A stretch of 64,000 nucleotides of DNA from Oopsacas minuta (taxonomy: Eukaryota; Animalia; Porifera), in NCBI GenBank assembly GCA_024704765.1, contig JAKMXF010000277.1, positions 1-64,000 on the forward strand, written 5' to 3'. The notes below the pieces were generated by a model. That model had not been told where the DNA came from and did not search any database. It was given only the letters and a program-made list of their open reading frames with translations. Below are positions 21,601-34,669 of the stretch, one piece after another (positions within the stretch are counted from its first letter, which is position 1; every line of letters starts with the position of its first letter). Position numbers and translations under genes: made by a program.

Positions 21601-24291
21601 ACTCGCCGGCTACCTGACCTTCCCTTTCCCTCTCTCTTGACGATCCTCTAATCCTATCCTTCCAGTATAACACTATTTCAGCATCAGCAGGTACCAGTTT
21701 ATGTATAAACACATATATTGGTATTATAGCTATCGGTACGAATACTACAATTAATAATGTCAACAACAACACTATTAATATCCCCGTAGACTTCTCATCT
21801 AAAGGTGTTATGCTTGTTGTGTTTGTTATTGTTATGTTTGTGTAGGGATTGATAATATAAACAAATTCTTGTTTACTCCTGTATACAGTGTTTACTACAC
21901 AGAGTAAGGCAATGCTACTGTTCGTAACATTCAATTCGATCGTACTAGTGTTTCCAATCAGCTGATCATGATTATACCATAGGATTGATATTGCAGGAGG
22001 ATAGCTGTCAACCACGCATTCCAACGACACAGTACCGTTGCTATTCAGAACATACACAGATGTATTAGTCCCATTGACAATAGTATTAATGTTAGGTCCG
22101 TATGGGTCTGCATTGAATAATCCCTGTGTAATATTTTCAATACTTCCTGTTTCATTCCTAGCTAAACAGGTGTAGAATCCTTCTGGAGTCTTATCCGGTT
22201 CAAATCTGAGGATTTCCTCATAAACACTAACTCGTACGAATAACTCGGGATTTATTCCTGATTTATCCCACTCAGTTAAGCCTATGACGTCAGATCCAAT
22301 ACAAAAAAAGTACTCAGTATCTTCTATAACGGTAATACCGGATTCCAACACTGCCCAACCGTTACTATGCTCTCTGACCAGCACAGCTCCTATCGTAGTA
22401 ATCTGAATACGCGTTACTTCATGAGATACACCCGTACAACTAACAACACCGTTATATTCCGGTGTTACCAATTCTATCGTATAGTTTACTGTGTTTATTG
22501 ACATTCCATCTGAACGCATCTCCCCCCATGGCAACGTAAGTACAGCCTGTAATGCAATACACTCCACAACCACATTCTGGAATCCAACATCTAGCTCTAC
22601 GTCTATGACGTCATCTCTATAAGCTTCTACCCTCCTGTTATTATACGCCACTGATAAATTAGCATTAAGTGTATCAGATAGAATATACACAGATATACTG
22701 CCTGTAGAGTATGGGTTAGATGCATGACAAGTGTATAGAGATGATTGTGATAGGTTTGGCAGGTGAATAGTGTTATTTTCTGAACTGTACATTATGGTGT
22801 CGGCTGTCCAATTGACAGATACTGTACGGGGGTAGAATTCCGCGGATTTGCATGTTATTTCGCGTATTATCGTGCTTTGAAGGAAAATAACCGTTTTTTG
22901 TTCGATATAATCACCTGTATCAGATACCAATACAAGCTCTAGCTCATTCAAATATACACTGACGTAATGTATTTCTACGCCTATATCCCCTGTACTATTC
23001 ACTACAGTAACTACACACATATATTCTCCCTGATACATAGAACTAACCTCAGGGAGGTACAATTCTAATCCACCGAGTGATTGGTTATACCGGACTAATT
23101 GATTCTCACCCGTGAGACCGGTATATACCTGTATAAGCTCTCCGTTAAGATACCAACCGGTATAATTTCCATTTCCATTCCTACTCCCTGCACACACTAC
23201 ACTAGACTGTGTTACGTCATCCACTATGCTAATCAAGCTATTATTAGCTAATGCTATAGGGCTATGTAACGTGTAAATGAGAGCTGAATTGATTGCTATT
23301 AACTCTACCTGATTGTCTGTAATACCATTCTTACATTGGTAGATACCAGCTTCATTGTATGTGAATAGAGGAATGTACAGGATTTGGAATAGATGCTCTA
23401 TTCTACCTTCGTTCTCACCTACAAACAACAAAGACAATTAATATATGTCAATTTTGCAACGGATTAAACATTTCCCTTTAATCGTAATCGTAACCGTTTG
23501 ATATTATAGATATTACTTAACTCACCTTGATAACCTGGTATTGATCCTTCAGGACAAACCAAATTAATCTCTTCTCCAATACTAACATACACTATTTCCA
23601 TTTCCTCATCTAATATTTCTCTCTCTCCATTACCTCTAACGATAGCATACACATCTCTATACACCAGTATACTATAACTATTTTTATTATCCGTGATACA
23701 TGTGTATACCCCCTCTGTCATCTTGTCACTAGCCTCAATTACCAACACGCTCTCTCCTCTCTCTGCTGCCCCCCTCACGTAAACGCTCCCATTATTCATT
23801 ACGTCACTCCCCTCAGGTCCCATCCAATACATTACACGACTCAATACAGTACTCTGTATACAAGATATTAGTATATCATCATCGCTATTAATAGTAGCTA
23901 ATACAACAGAGTTATTCCTCACAGTTTCTATACTCCTGCCCCCGTATGTCCTGAATATGTTAGATCCTGTAGCTACTAGCGTAAGGTTGCTTTTCATATC
24001 AAAATAATCACAGCTATATACTCCCATCTCTTCTCTCGTGAACGGTACGATATGTAGTAGTCGTGTTATCCCGCTTGTTTGTGTGGTGAGACTCGGTGAA
24101 TTATCATTGACAATATCCCAATGCCATTCACACTCTAAATCAGCAATCAACAGCACCCCGGTGCCCACACGTACATCCACGATATCTCCATTATTATACC
24201 CCTGTATTGGTCCATTATCTACCGATACAGAAATATCAAATGTGTGTCCTTGTACCCAAAAAGAAATCAATAGAATGATAAGTAAATACAT
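18645..24291 (-). CDS. Receptor-type PTP-like protein: signal peptide, several Ig-like domains, TM helix, two degenerate PTP domains
   Basis: Intron 23419-23525 joins the 275-aa and 1303-aa ORFs in frame; intron 18946-19075 joins the last exons. Ig motifs such as GVYSC, GEYMC, GFYTC. TM ILIVLLLTLLIVVFVPIAIIPIYVFI. D1 HCDAGARC and QYEF; D2 HCSDTKPY. The junction near 19430-19590 is unresolved. Confidence 0.8.
20018..20089 (-). repeat. Coding 24-bp tandem repeat, about 3 copies (KDNRNKTQ)
   Basis: TTTATTTCTATTATCTTTCTGAGT repeated on the + strand; the protein reads QKDNRNKTQKDNRNKTQKDNRNKTQKD. Confidence 0.9.
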
Positions 24292-24439
24292 TTAAATTAG
24301 TTAGCTGATTCAGCCGCTATATAGTCCTACATTGTATGCATATACATATGAGGTCATATTTATCAGCATTTCGAATATAATATGATCTCATATTAGCATC
24401 TAATATTACACAGCAAATATAAGTTATTTAAAAATAATA

Positions 24440-25249
24440 TTATTGAGCATATGCTTCATACGGTGGTAATTTCATGGGCATATTCCCCGGGTATATAGTT
24501 GTAGGAGGGAAGATACTCGCTTGAGGCATTTGTGCTTCTTGCTCCAGTATATACTCTTCTCGTACTTTCTTTGTGAGAGATTTGTGTATACGACAGCCAG
24601 GTACTGTAGCACAAATTCCAAGCATTAGACCCAGTACTAAAACACAAAGTTATATCTTATTGACGTATTATGTTACCGTCATTAAATTATCACCTGTTAA
24701 TAACTAAATTGATTCCCCAGTTGTTTTCCTTTACAGACTTAAAGTACTTATTACGTAACCATAAGTACGTATTATACTTGTATTTTATAAATCAACCACA
24801 TGCATCAAGTTATTGTGTGAATAATTTGATATTACGTCGCGGTTAATAACACTATTTATGGTTGTATAACATATAACATTTTCCTGGAAATACAAGAACT
24901 TCCATTATATCTAAATACCCGCTCTTATCTAAGTCTGGAAATGTACAAATATGGTCCCAAACCGTTAAAGAAACCGATACATAATTGGTCATGTCGAAGT
25001 AATTATTGCTGTCGCTAGAGCTTCGTTACAACTGTAGTTGACTGTAATTCATTTACAAATTCACTCACCAACTGGCAGACAAATACAGCACTCGATTAGA
25101 CATATCGGGAATAGAATATATAACGCAATAAACTGTCCATGTAGCTCTGTAGCTGTGTCAATCAATACCCTTGATGACGTAGGTACATCTGTAACAGCTG
25201 ATACCTGGATAAACAGTATAAATAACAAACACAGACCTCTTAAAAACAT
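24440..25249 (-). CDS. Small type-I membrane protein, about 125 aa; exons 25249-25069 and 24636-24440
   Basis: Signal peptide MFLRGLCLLFILFIQVSA, Cys-rich hydrophobic segment FIALYILFPICLIECCICLPV|VLGLMLGICA, tail ending LPPYEAYAQ. GT-AG phase-1 junction in frame. Confidence 0.65.
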
Positions 25250-25427
25250 TAATTTTTATTTTCCAGGTCTGGAGAAATATTTAAACATACTGAATGTGTA
25301 GAATGTGTATTATGCATATATACGAGGAGTTTAGTGTGTTTCTATACAATACAAGTTATCCCGTGACTAATCCGTAAATATTTTCAAATCTTTGGTCAAT
25401 TCAATAGAGACAATACTGTAGATTATT

Positions 25428-28238
25428 ATGCCTCCTAGAAAGTTGACTCAGGAAGAGAAGAATAAGTTGAAACAAGAGGAATTGGAGAAGAAAGCTTTAG
25501 AGGAGGAAGAAATAAGGATTAGAGAGCAGGAGGAATTGAAACAGCAGCAGGAGAGAGATAGGTTTGTGAATAGTCATATTTTGCGATCGCTTGTAGTGAA
25601 TTCCCCGAGATTCTTTTTACTACAGTGATTGAGAATTCAGGGAAATATACCGGCGTTGGTAATTACGTATTTGCATAGAATAGAGAGAGAAGAAAGAGAG
25701 AGGGAGTTGCTAGAAGAGAATGGTAGATTTGAAGTAGAAGGAACTCAGATATCAGAATTCCTATCAAAGAGAGAACAATCGTATTCATCATCAATACAGC
25801 AACAAATGAATGACTATATATGGAAGAGATACACTAACTGTCCCGTAACACCTGATCCTTACTGTCTCAGAGATATAAATACTTATCTAACCTTGTGGAG
25901 AGAGGACAAGGCTGATACATCGTTTGAATCTCTTATGGGGAAAGTACAAGAAGTGTTTGTATTCATGCAAGTAAGTAAGATGATGTGCAGACAAGGTTAA
26001 TGCCATAAGTCAAATTCTATGAGGATGCTCATTGATTTAGTATTATGTCATCTATAGGAGCTGACTACACTACAAGACTTAGACCTAGTTTACAAATCAA
26101 AATCTCCCTACTCTATAGTAGACTTCTCCTCAATAATACAGCAGATACACGTCATACTATCTAATAAGATAGACAGTACTACACTAGAGATAATGAGGAA
26201 TCCTATCGGTATGATTGATGATGTATATGGTAATCTTAAGACAGAGGTTATACTCAATGAATCTAGTGATAATACACTATGCGTATGTCTATGGGGGAAT
26301 ATAGCTAGTAATCATAGAATGACTGACGTGGATTTTAACTACAGAGAATTCTCTATTGAGGCTGCACAAAGAGGTAAGAATTCATTTCCATTCAACTCGC
26401 GTTACATCGAATACGTATATTGGAATACCTGCGAATATTGGAGTAATTATCGCGTTCCCTTGAGCTTCGATATAACTAGTTCACAGGATCGGAAATTTGT
26501 ATTACAGTTAATGCCTCTCCCATAATCCACAGAATATGTTGCTGAATATATGAATTATCATGTACAACCTATGTATCATATTTTTAACAGGTCTACAGAT
26601 CCCTAACATAGCTCTACGCGTTATACACACTATAAGAGATCTGTATTCCCCAAGATCCAGATCTTACTCACCACGTCCTGTCGTACCGTTATTAGATGAA
26701 GAAGATACTTCAAAATCTGACCTAGCAACCGAACAGAAGGAAAGGAGTTCTAAATCATCAGCTAATAGTAGTAATAAGGGATCTACTGTAAATGTTAATA
26801 GTCAAGAGATACTAACAAAACCTCAATCTGCTTCTAGTCAGAATGAGAAACAAGGTTCTGCTACAGAGACAGCCAAAGAGGCTGAACCTAGCAACACAGA
26901 TGCGACAGAAGTATGTGAGGTTAAGCAACAGCTTGAAGAAGAATTCACGATAGAAGAGTCTGAGATAGATATGCGGCAATTCTCACCACTAGGTCCTATA
27001 ACTATCCTAGAATACATAAGACTACCTCCTCAGCCTAGACATATGGGACAGTGGAAGATGCAGGATTTGGAGCCTTATGTCATCAAACAGAATCCATATC
27101 CTATTCTACAATCGGGCCAGGATATAGCCCAGATAACTCCAGGTTCGTAGTTTTAGCGTATTTCAAATAATATACACTATTATTCATGGTCCATATTAAG
27201 TAGCCAGTAAATGAAATCTTGCTTCTTATCCATGGTATATATTGTATGTATTTCCCTAATTTCTTAATGCTGTATTCTACACTGTATTTATGCATAATAC
27301 GATTTCTAGGCTCCAAACTATGGCCGTTTATATCAGTAAGTATGAGCATTCCAGATACCCTTGTGGTATCCGAGGAACCGAAACTAGCTAGATGGAGTGA
27401 AGAGCTCTGTCAATGGAGAACAGATGAGTTCACAGACGTTAAGATAGACTTAGAGAATAGAAAAGTATCATTCAAATGCAATACATTCTCTCCTATAGCT
27501 TTAATGCAGGATCATTATCTTAATATGCCTTATCAGGGATGGATGGTCCAGCCTATGGAGATTAACACTACTAAACTATCTATTACTGGTTTGTTTGTTT
27601 ATTTGTTTGTTTGCTTATGATTTTACAGTCTAATCTCCACACAAACCCTTATATGTTATGTGTTTGTACTTATTCTAGGAAATCTCCATCAATTTGAGAT
27701 AATAATAGAAAAAGACAAATGCCGGTTAGTTAAGCCTGACCTACCAGAACTATCCGGTATTATAAACACTCCTCTCCTTGTAAACCGGTTTATACCGGCT
27801 CTCAGAAGTCGCGGGCTTAATCTATTCCCTGCCATAGACGCTCCCAACTATGTAGCTATCTCTAACAAAGACTCGGATATCGAGACTGACGTATACAGAG
27901 ATATTGCCCTGTTATCTGGCTGTTCATTCAATTTCACTTGGAGCAGTTGGAATGCTAGTTGTCATGGTAACCAATACATACTCCGGGTGTGTAACCATGA
28001 TATCCTACCAGACGTAAATGAATGGGATCTAGTCCTAGTAGGCCCTAAATGCTACAGATTAGCAATGAAAGAATTGAGCGAAGAATTCTCCGATAATAAA
28101 CTCTCCGGCAATACAACACACTCTAGTCTATATCATGTATTACGTACTGATACTGTAGCTGATATATCAGTAGATATATCACACACAGAAGCTATACGCA
28201 AGCTGCTATCTGCTATCCGACCACTTGTATTCGCGTAG
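25428..28238 (+). CDS. DNAI7: Dynein axonemal intermediate chain 7 (CASC1/CFAP94), multi-exon
   Basis: Glu/Lys-rich coiled-coil N-terminus, WKRYTNCPVTPDPYCLRDINTYLTLWRE, LCLWGN, ARWSEELCQWRTDEFTD, MQDHYLNMPYQGW and GLNLFP match CASC1 conserved blocks. Confidence 0.82.
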
Positions 28239-28762
28239 TGCCACGTTACAGTTAGTTATCTACTGTATTAAATACGTTATAATTACATTATTATTATTTC
28301 AAAGGTTTTGGTTATTTGGCAAGGCCTTTGATGTGTATCTTATTATGGAGATTTCTAACCTTAAATTTTCTTATTTCATATGATAATTGCCTCGAAATAT
28401 CGCACTAGATATGAATCCATTGCTACGAATCTCCATTAATATATATATTGACAACCGCCTTCAATAATTATCAAGTTTAATGTAACCTCACAAACTGATT
28501 GCCAGAGACGCCAAATTATGCTACCCGTTTCCCCAGTTCTGCCAGTTTCCCGTAAATGTAGGTTCATTTGTATAGGACATGGATTTCCCCTCCTTTATAT
28601 TTTTCCTTTTTCCACTTACGGAACTAATATTTGTATGATATTTAATAGCACTACTTACCAAAACTTACAACTGAAATACAAAAACCTTATGAAATACAGA
28701 TAGAGGATATAGTATACTAACATAGCAAATAATAACACCAATATGTAGCATAAACCACCCAT

Positions 28763-31700
28763 CTAAATCCTCCAAACTCCTACAGCCAGTCCTATAAAGG
28801 TTCCCACAAGAATAGCAATAATAAGCAGAGCAGCTATTATCACTATAGTGATGATACAGCATTGTACCTTTTTACGTGTAGACATACTCTTGTCTTGAGG
28901 CTTAATAAGCTTTGTATCCTCTACGGGAGGGTCCTCTACGTCACGGGATGGGTAGGGGACAGGGGCAGATTCTGTGTGTGAACTAGCGGGGGATACAGGT
29001 GTAGGGACTTTACGTTCTGGTGCTGATTTGATTTTGTATAGGAATGCTGTAGTAATGTGTATGTCTGTGTCAAGTTTCTGTAGAATATCTTTGTCGGATG
29101 GGAAATTGAACACGTATCTCTCAGCAGCTGCACTTATCAACGCGCGATTTTTCGCGACTTCATCATTAGGAGGTAGCGCGGCTAATTCCTCTTCACTGAG
29201 TCTAATTCCTTTTTCTTCCATCGCTACTTCTACTCCATTCCTAGCCGCACCAGCCGTTGAATCATTTTTCCTCATAAATTTATCTCTATACTCACTCAAA
29301 TATTGTCTCATTCTAAACTCATCAACGTTACCAAGCGCTAGTTCATGAGCTGTGAAATTCCGCGCGTGTACACCCAACAGCGCTCCACCTGCATCAATCG
29401 CATCTCTACACATATCGTCCCTGCTACTAACCTGTAAGCTATCGCTAGTTCTCCTCTCAGCAATAGCATTGACTAGCATCCTGAGTACTTCACCATTTGA
29501 CCATCCTCTTGTAAGACTAGTGATTTGTACAGGCGCTATCATACAGTTTACCCAGCGTAACAGGTCATTGCTGTCATGAGGCTTTTGTATGTTTCTGAAT
29601 CTGTTTATGTATGCTGCTAGGATTGCAGGTTCATATCTACCCATTATAATTTCTTGGTAGCAGTAAGGGCATTTGTTAGCTAGATCTCTGTGTAGTCTAG
29701 CAAGCACTTCTTGACCTAAGATACAAGTATTTGTAAATAAGTACGTATACGTATTGTATTCAAATTGTATACGGTGTAAGTACTAACCTTGATGAGAATC
29801 TTGGTAGTTAAAATCTTTAGGCAGAAACCCAGGTACAGTAGCTTCCACCAGAGCAGCTAGTCTGCTACCGTCTTGCCAATTTTCTCCAAAATTCTTAGAC
29901 CTGAGACGAGCTTCTAGTGTGAAGTTAACCCATTGTAGTAGTTCTATGTTGAAAGGCTCCAAGAGAGTACTAACGTATGATATATACTCTCTTTCATCCA
30001 AATCTCGAGAAAATTCGTATCCTATGTACAATAATATATGATTACTTGCATTATGTTTCGTTCAGGTTTGCCAGATGATGTACTCGCAAAGATTATGTCA
30101 CAAAATTGAAAGTTCTTGCTCTGAGCCATGTTCATACCAACTTAATGCAATACTAAAAATTCATGCCGAATGTTCATGTTTCGTGCAATATCCATGTCAT
30201 AGGTCAAAGTCAAAATGTATGAATATTGTTTTTGACCTTGCAGCACATATTTCAATGCCAAAATAAATTGCAGTATTCCCTGTATATTATTCTAACTCAC
30301 CAGTAGACTTAGCCTTAACTCCAAAGTTATTCTCAGCAGCCACCAGAGCTCTATCCCATTTCTCCTTGCTATTCCCAGCTACATAAGACTGCAGTACTGT
30401 ACCAGCTCTTATACTGTTAAGCAGAGCAGTAATAACCTCAGCATTTCTCCAATCAGCTTCAAAATTATTAATACTCAATAAGGGCCAAATCATTTCATTA
30501 ACCCACTGCATCAGATCTGCTTTCTGAGCTTCATACAGTCTCAATGCTTCCTCTCTCTCCAGTCTCTCCCTCGCTAATCTAGCTAATCTCTCTCTCTCAA
30601 GTCTCTCTTGTTCACTAATTTCATAATCTCTCAATTTATCTCTCAGCCCTTTCAAGTAAGTTACAACTACTCTCTCATCTACATTAGGGTCAGAGAATTC
30701 ATCGCCACTCAGAGGACAAATGTAGTTCAGTTTAGTTCCTATTTTATCCAGTAGCTGCTGATAGCCTCCTCCTGATCCTCCTTCAAAATCAAACCCTTCA
30801 TAGAACCCAGGGATATGTGCATTCATCAGATCTCTCAATCGTGTTCCGTCGTTCCAATCAGTATTAAAGTTACTAGCCTTATGATGCGGTATTTTCTCAT
30901 TAACCCATAGCATCAGCTCCCCTTTCTCCCTCATGAACTCCGGGTCTTCAGTAGGTATCTGATCCAGCTGTGATTTTAGCTTGTACAGATAGCAGCCTAT
31001 AGTCAAACCATCTACATTAGGATCTTTCATTTTTTTAGCACTCAATGGGTAGTTTGTAGGGAATTCCTGCTCGATCTTATCCAGCAGACCTTGCAGAGCA
31101 TCTTCATCGTCGTCAGCGAATCCTTGATAGAAGCCAGGCACATGAGCATTCAAGAGATCTCTCAATCTAGCTCCGCTGTTCCAATCAGTTGAAAGGTTCG
31201 TAGCTTTATTTGCTATTTTAGAGTTAACCCAATCAAGCATAAGTTGATCAAATGGTGAAATAAATCCTGATAAATACGTCATCATAGATAGCTCATCAAC
31301 TTTAGGATTATTCATGTCTTCAGCTGCTATTAGTTTTGGTACATTCAACGCTTCGTGAGCTTTTGTAATTCCCAACTCGCAGTTAGCATCTCCTTCGTTC
31401 GGGTCTAAGCGATTCAAGTCAATAGTACCAGGTGCTAGTCCGTCTACTAGTGCACATACTGGTATACCGCTGTTCCAGTCCGATTTGAGATTTCCAACAT
31501 GTCTATAGATATAAGTTGCAGTCAACTCCTGTTAAATCGAAGCTCAAGGGACCGCGATCATTCCTTAGATATAACCGATGTATTATATGTTACTTAGACG
31601 GTTTGGAACCATATTTGTAGAACTTAAGACTTTGATGTAAGTATAAGATAATAATTCGATTCCTTATACAGAGTAACCTTCACAAACGAAGTGGCAAGGG

Positions 31701-33290
31701 TCTAAGGAAAGTCTCTCCATTTGTGGAAATTCATTTGTATGGTGCCATGAATTCGCTCTATTTATTTTCACTTCGTTTCCTGAAGTTCCTCGTTACCAAA
31801 TGCCCCGTTTATGGAGGTTTCGCTGGATCCGTGTTCGATATAACTGGAGTTGGCTGTCTTAACAAATGCAACCATACTAAATAGCTCAATACCATTCTAT
31901 CAATGTTCCTAAAGCATTTGGCTTCATATTAGCAACTTCATGCAATATTTAAGGACAAATTTTCATAGCTAATGCAACCTAACATACGTATACTTGCTAT
32001 AGCACAACTTCATATAACAGGCTGTGACATCCATTTATGGCTCATAATCTGCAATAATTTTATGATCTATTTCCGCTAAGATATATATTTACGGAATATT
32101 AGGATCAGATACATACGGATTCTTATCTATTGTATGAAATTAGTTCTAATTAACAATTCCTTAAACAGCTGAGCTATTCAGGGAATTATTTGATTATTCA
32201 TAATCTATCTTCAATTAAGTATTTAATTAACTCACTCAGGGTCAATAATGACGTTAGCCCATTTCAGTAGAGCTTGTCTTTCAGAGCCTCCTTCCTTCTC
32301 ACTGCCCCCTTTCTTGATCTTGTAGTGCTTGATTAGAGTCCAAATTAGACCCATGATGGGCTTCTCCTTTCCCTCCTTCAGGTCCTCGGCACCTATAAAA
32401 TGTTATAAATTGGACAGGGCCCTAATATTCGCGAATACTATGTAACGAAACCTTTAATGTTGTTAATGGTTTATCAATGTATTACCAGACAGCAATACTC
32501 AATAATTGATATCTGTGCTATTCACATAATTAGCTTATCCATCACATATTTGTAGCTCTCACCACTTTTGTATAATTCAATATAATTATTACAGAACATG
32601 CTGTTAACTAATATCGGTTTATACATGTGTTTCACAACCAATTGATATTAACGACTGTTAAACTATGGAAAGTTTGTAGTAGGTATACAGCATTTATTTT
32701 TGCAAGTTAGATTACCGAAATTCGTACTATTTAGCTGTGATAATTATTTCTTAAGTTTGCAATGTATTTCACATTTTCTACAGTAAACTCCAGTTATATC
32801 AAAGCTCAAGGGACCGTGATAATTAATTAGATATAACGATGGAATATATATTACTGGAGCCATATTTGTAAGTTTAAGACTTCGATATAACAGGAGTTAA
32901 CTGTATTATTAACTCACCAATTCCGACTAATTTGATGCCTTCATCTTTTTGAATAAAGTTAAGTGCTTTGTACAGATTATCCAGTTTCTGAAACTCAGTT
33001 TTTGGTTTCTTTACGTAATCCTTGATGCCCCGTGGGTGTGCTAAGTGGTTTATGAGCTCTACAAGATTGACACCTGTCGAGAAATCCATCAAAAGATCAT
33101 TCACCTTAACTTCATCAGTTTGATCTTTGATTATGTAATTGGACCAATTCTTGAAGGTATTACTCTGTATTTCTTTCCAATCCTTTTCCTGTCCGCTCTT
33201 TGCTGTTTCACGTACAATTGTAGATAGAGTCGGGAGTTCTCCGAATCTCGAACGTTTTCCTTGCGCTGAATCCGGATTAAGGTTTGCCAT
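28763..33290 (-). CDS. About 972-aa protein with about 7 calponin-homology domains and a C-terminal TM anchor; exons 33290-32918, 32392-32236, 31502-30301, 30021-29788, 29715-28763
   Basis: Filamin-type CH1 (WKEIQSNTFKNW, IMGLIWTLIKHY) followed by repeated CH2-like units (WVN...N(F/L)xxDWxxG). Ends CCIITIVIIAALLIIAILVGTFIGLAVGVWRI*. Exons sum to 2919 nt with consistent phases. Confidence 0.85.
32781..32903. mobile_element. MITE (family A, pogo/Tigger-like ends) in intron 1 of the CH-domain gene
   Basis: Ends CAGTAAACTCCAGTTATATC and GATATAACAGGAGTTAACTG with TA flanks; core TCAAAGCTCAAGGGACCG. Relatives near 6520, 10330, 13890, 24940, 31530, 34900, 36304 and 51370. Confidence 0.8.
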
Positions 33291-34669
33291 AATTTTACTT
33301 AGCTATTTTGAAAATTAATACAGTAAAATACGAATTTCTGGATACGATTTACGCCAAATCAGGCCCCTGCAATAGTTATTTCTCCTGATAAATCGAACAA
33401 AATCTGACCGTCCGTTTGTGTTCATTTTAACGAGGTTTGTATATTTATTGCTTATTTATATATATACATGTCCATACATTGCAATATTATCGGAAGCCTT
33501 TTATTCTATAGTTCTGCATTTCTCTTATATACTAAATACTGCAAGCTACTAGCTAATGCCGCGATTTATGCACCACAATCACTTTAATTATTATATTATC
33601 ATTATCTTAGTGTCCAAAATGATTGCAAGTAGTTTGTGGTTAGGTTAGCTGGCATTTCGGTAAATTGATTAGTCATTTGTTCAATTGCCTTTTCGTAAGT
33701 GTAATCCACTCTGGAATTTAGCTACATTGCTGTAGACTTGGCACTTCCTTCTTCACATCAAAAGCGAAAGTTTAAATTATTGCTAGTTGCAATTATGACA
33801 TTTTAACTAAATTTACTTACAAATAAGAATATTATATTTCCATAAATCGGACGCTTATCCATTAAGGAATTTTTTGTTGCTGATTCCTAATTAAAATTTA
33901 AGGTTCCATTCTCAATTGATTCTTCGTAGACAAAATATTCCAATGCATTATTAGTATTATTTAATTATTATTACTGCATTGTGGCTTCTAATCAAGGTTA
34001 ATCCATAATTGTACATTTATCACATGAGAGTATTATCTATATTTTATCAAATATGAACCTTACTCGCCTAAGGGTGTGATTTCAGAACTGTCCACAAACA
34101 AAATAGACCACAACGCTATTTGACCTATTAGCCTCTAATATATATATACTAGCCTGAGTCAGCAGGCAATTTTCTGCGGCTATTTTCATCTGTAAACAGT
34201 CTGAAGTATCCATAATTTACATTGTTGTATTTGCACTCATTCTTATACAATTTTAATCTCTAAAATAAGACATTTCCCTTCCTCGATTAGTTTTATCAAA
34301 ATTATCTCTAACTAATTATGTTGACTTTCTCATTCAATAAAATCAATTGGCTGCGCATTAATTTCTAGCAAATAGCTCTGTTCAATATTACCACAGAATA
34401 CTTATATCATATGTCTACGATTTCTTTAACAAAATAGGGATTGTACACTGTAGACATTATTACAATTAACTACAACTGTATAGATTACAGTGTAATCTCA
34501 ACAAACAGGGCTTGTGCGAGCCGGGAACTTCTGGAAATGGAGTGAAATCCACATAGAATGAATTCCTATTCCCACAAACGGGTCAACAGGGTAGCATTCA
34601 CTGTACTTACAATGCCATAAATCTCAGAACTAATCTTCCTATATATTAGTATTACAGCTATTAGTTAGT

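Noticed and set aside
23419-23525. Frameshift or separate genes between the 275-aa and 1303-aa ORFs
   Set aside because: A canonical GTGAGT...TGTAG intron restores one reading frame.
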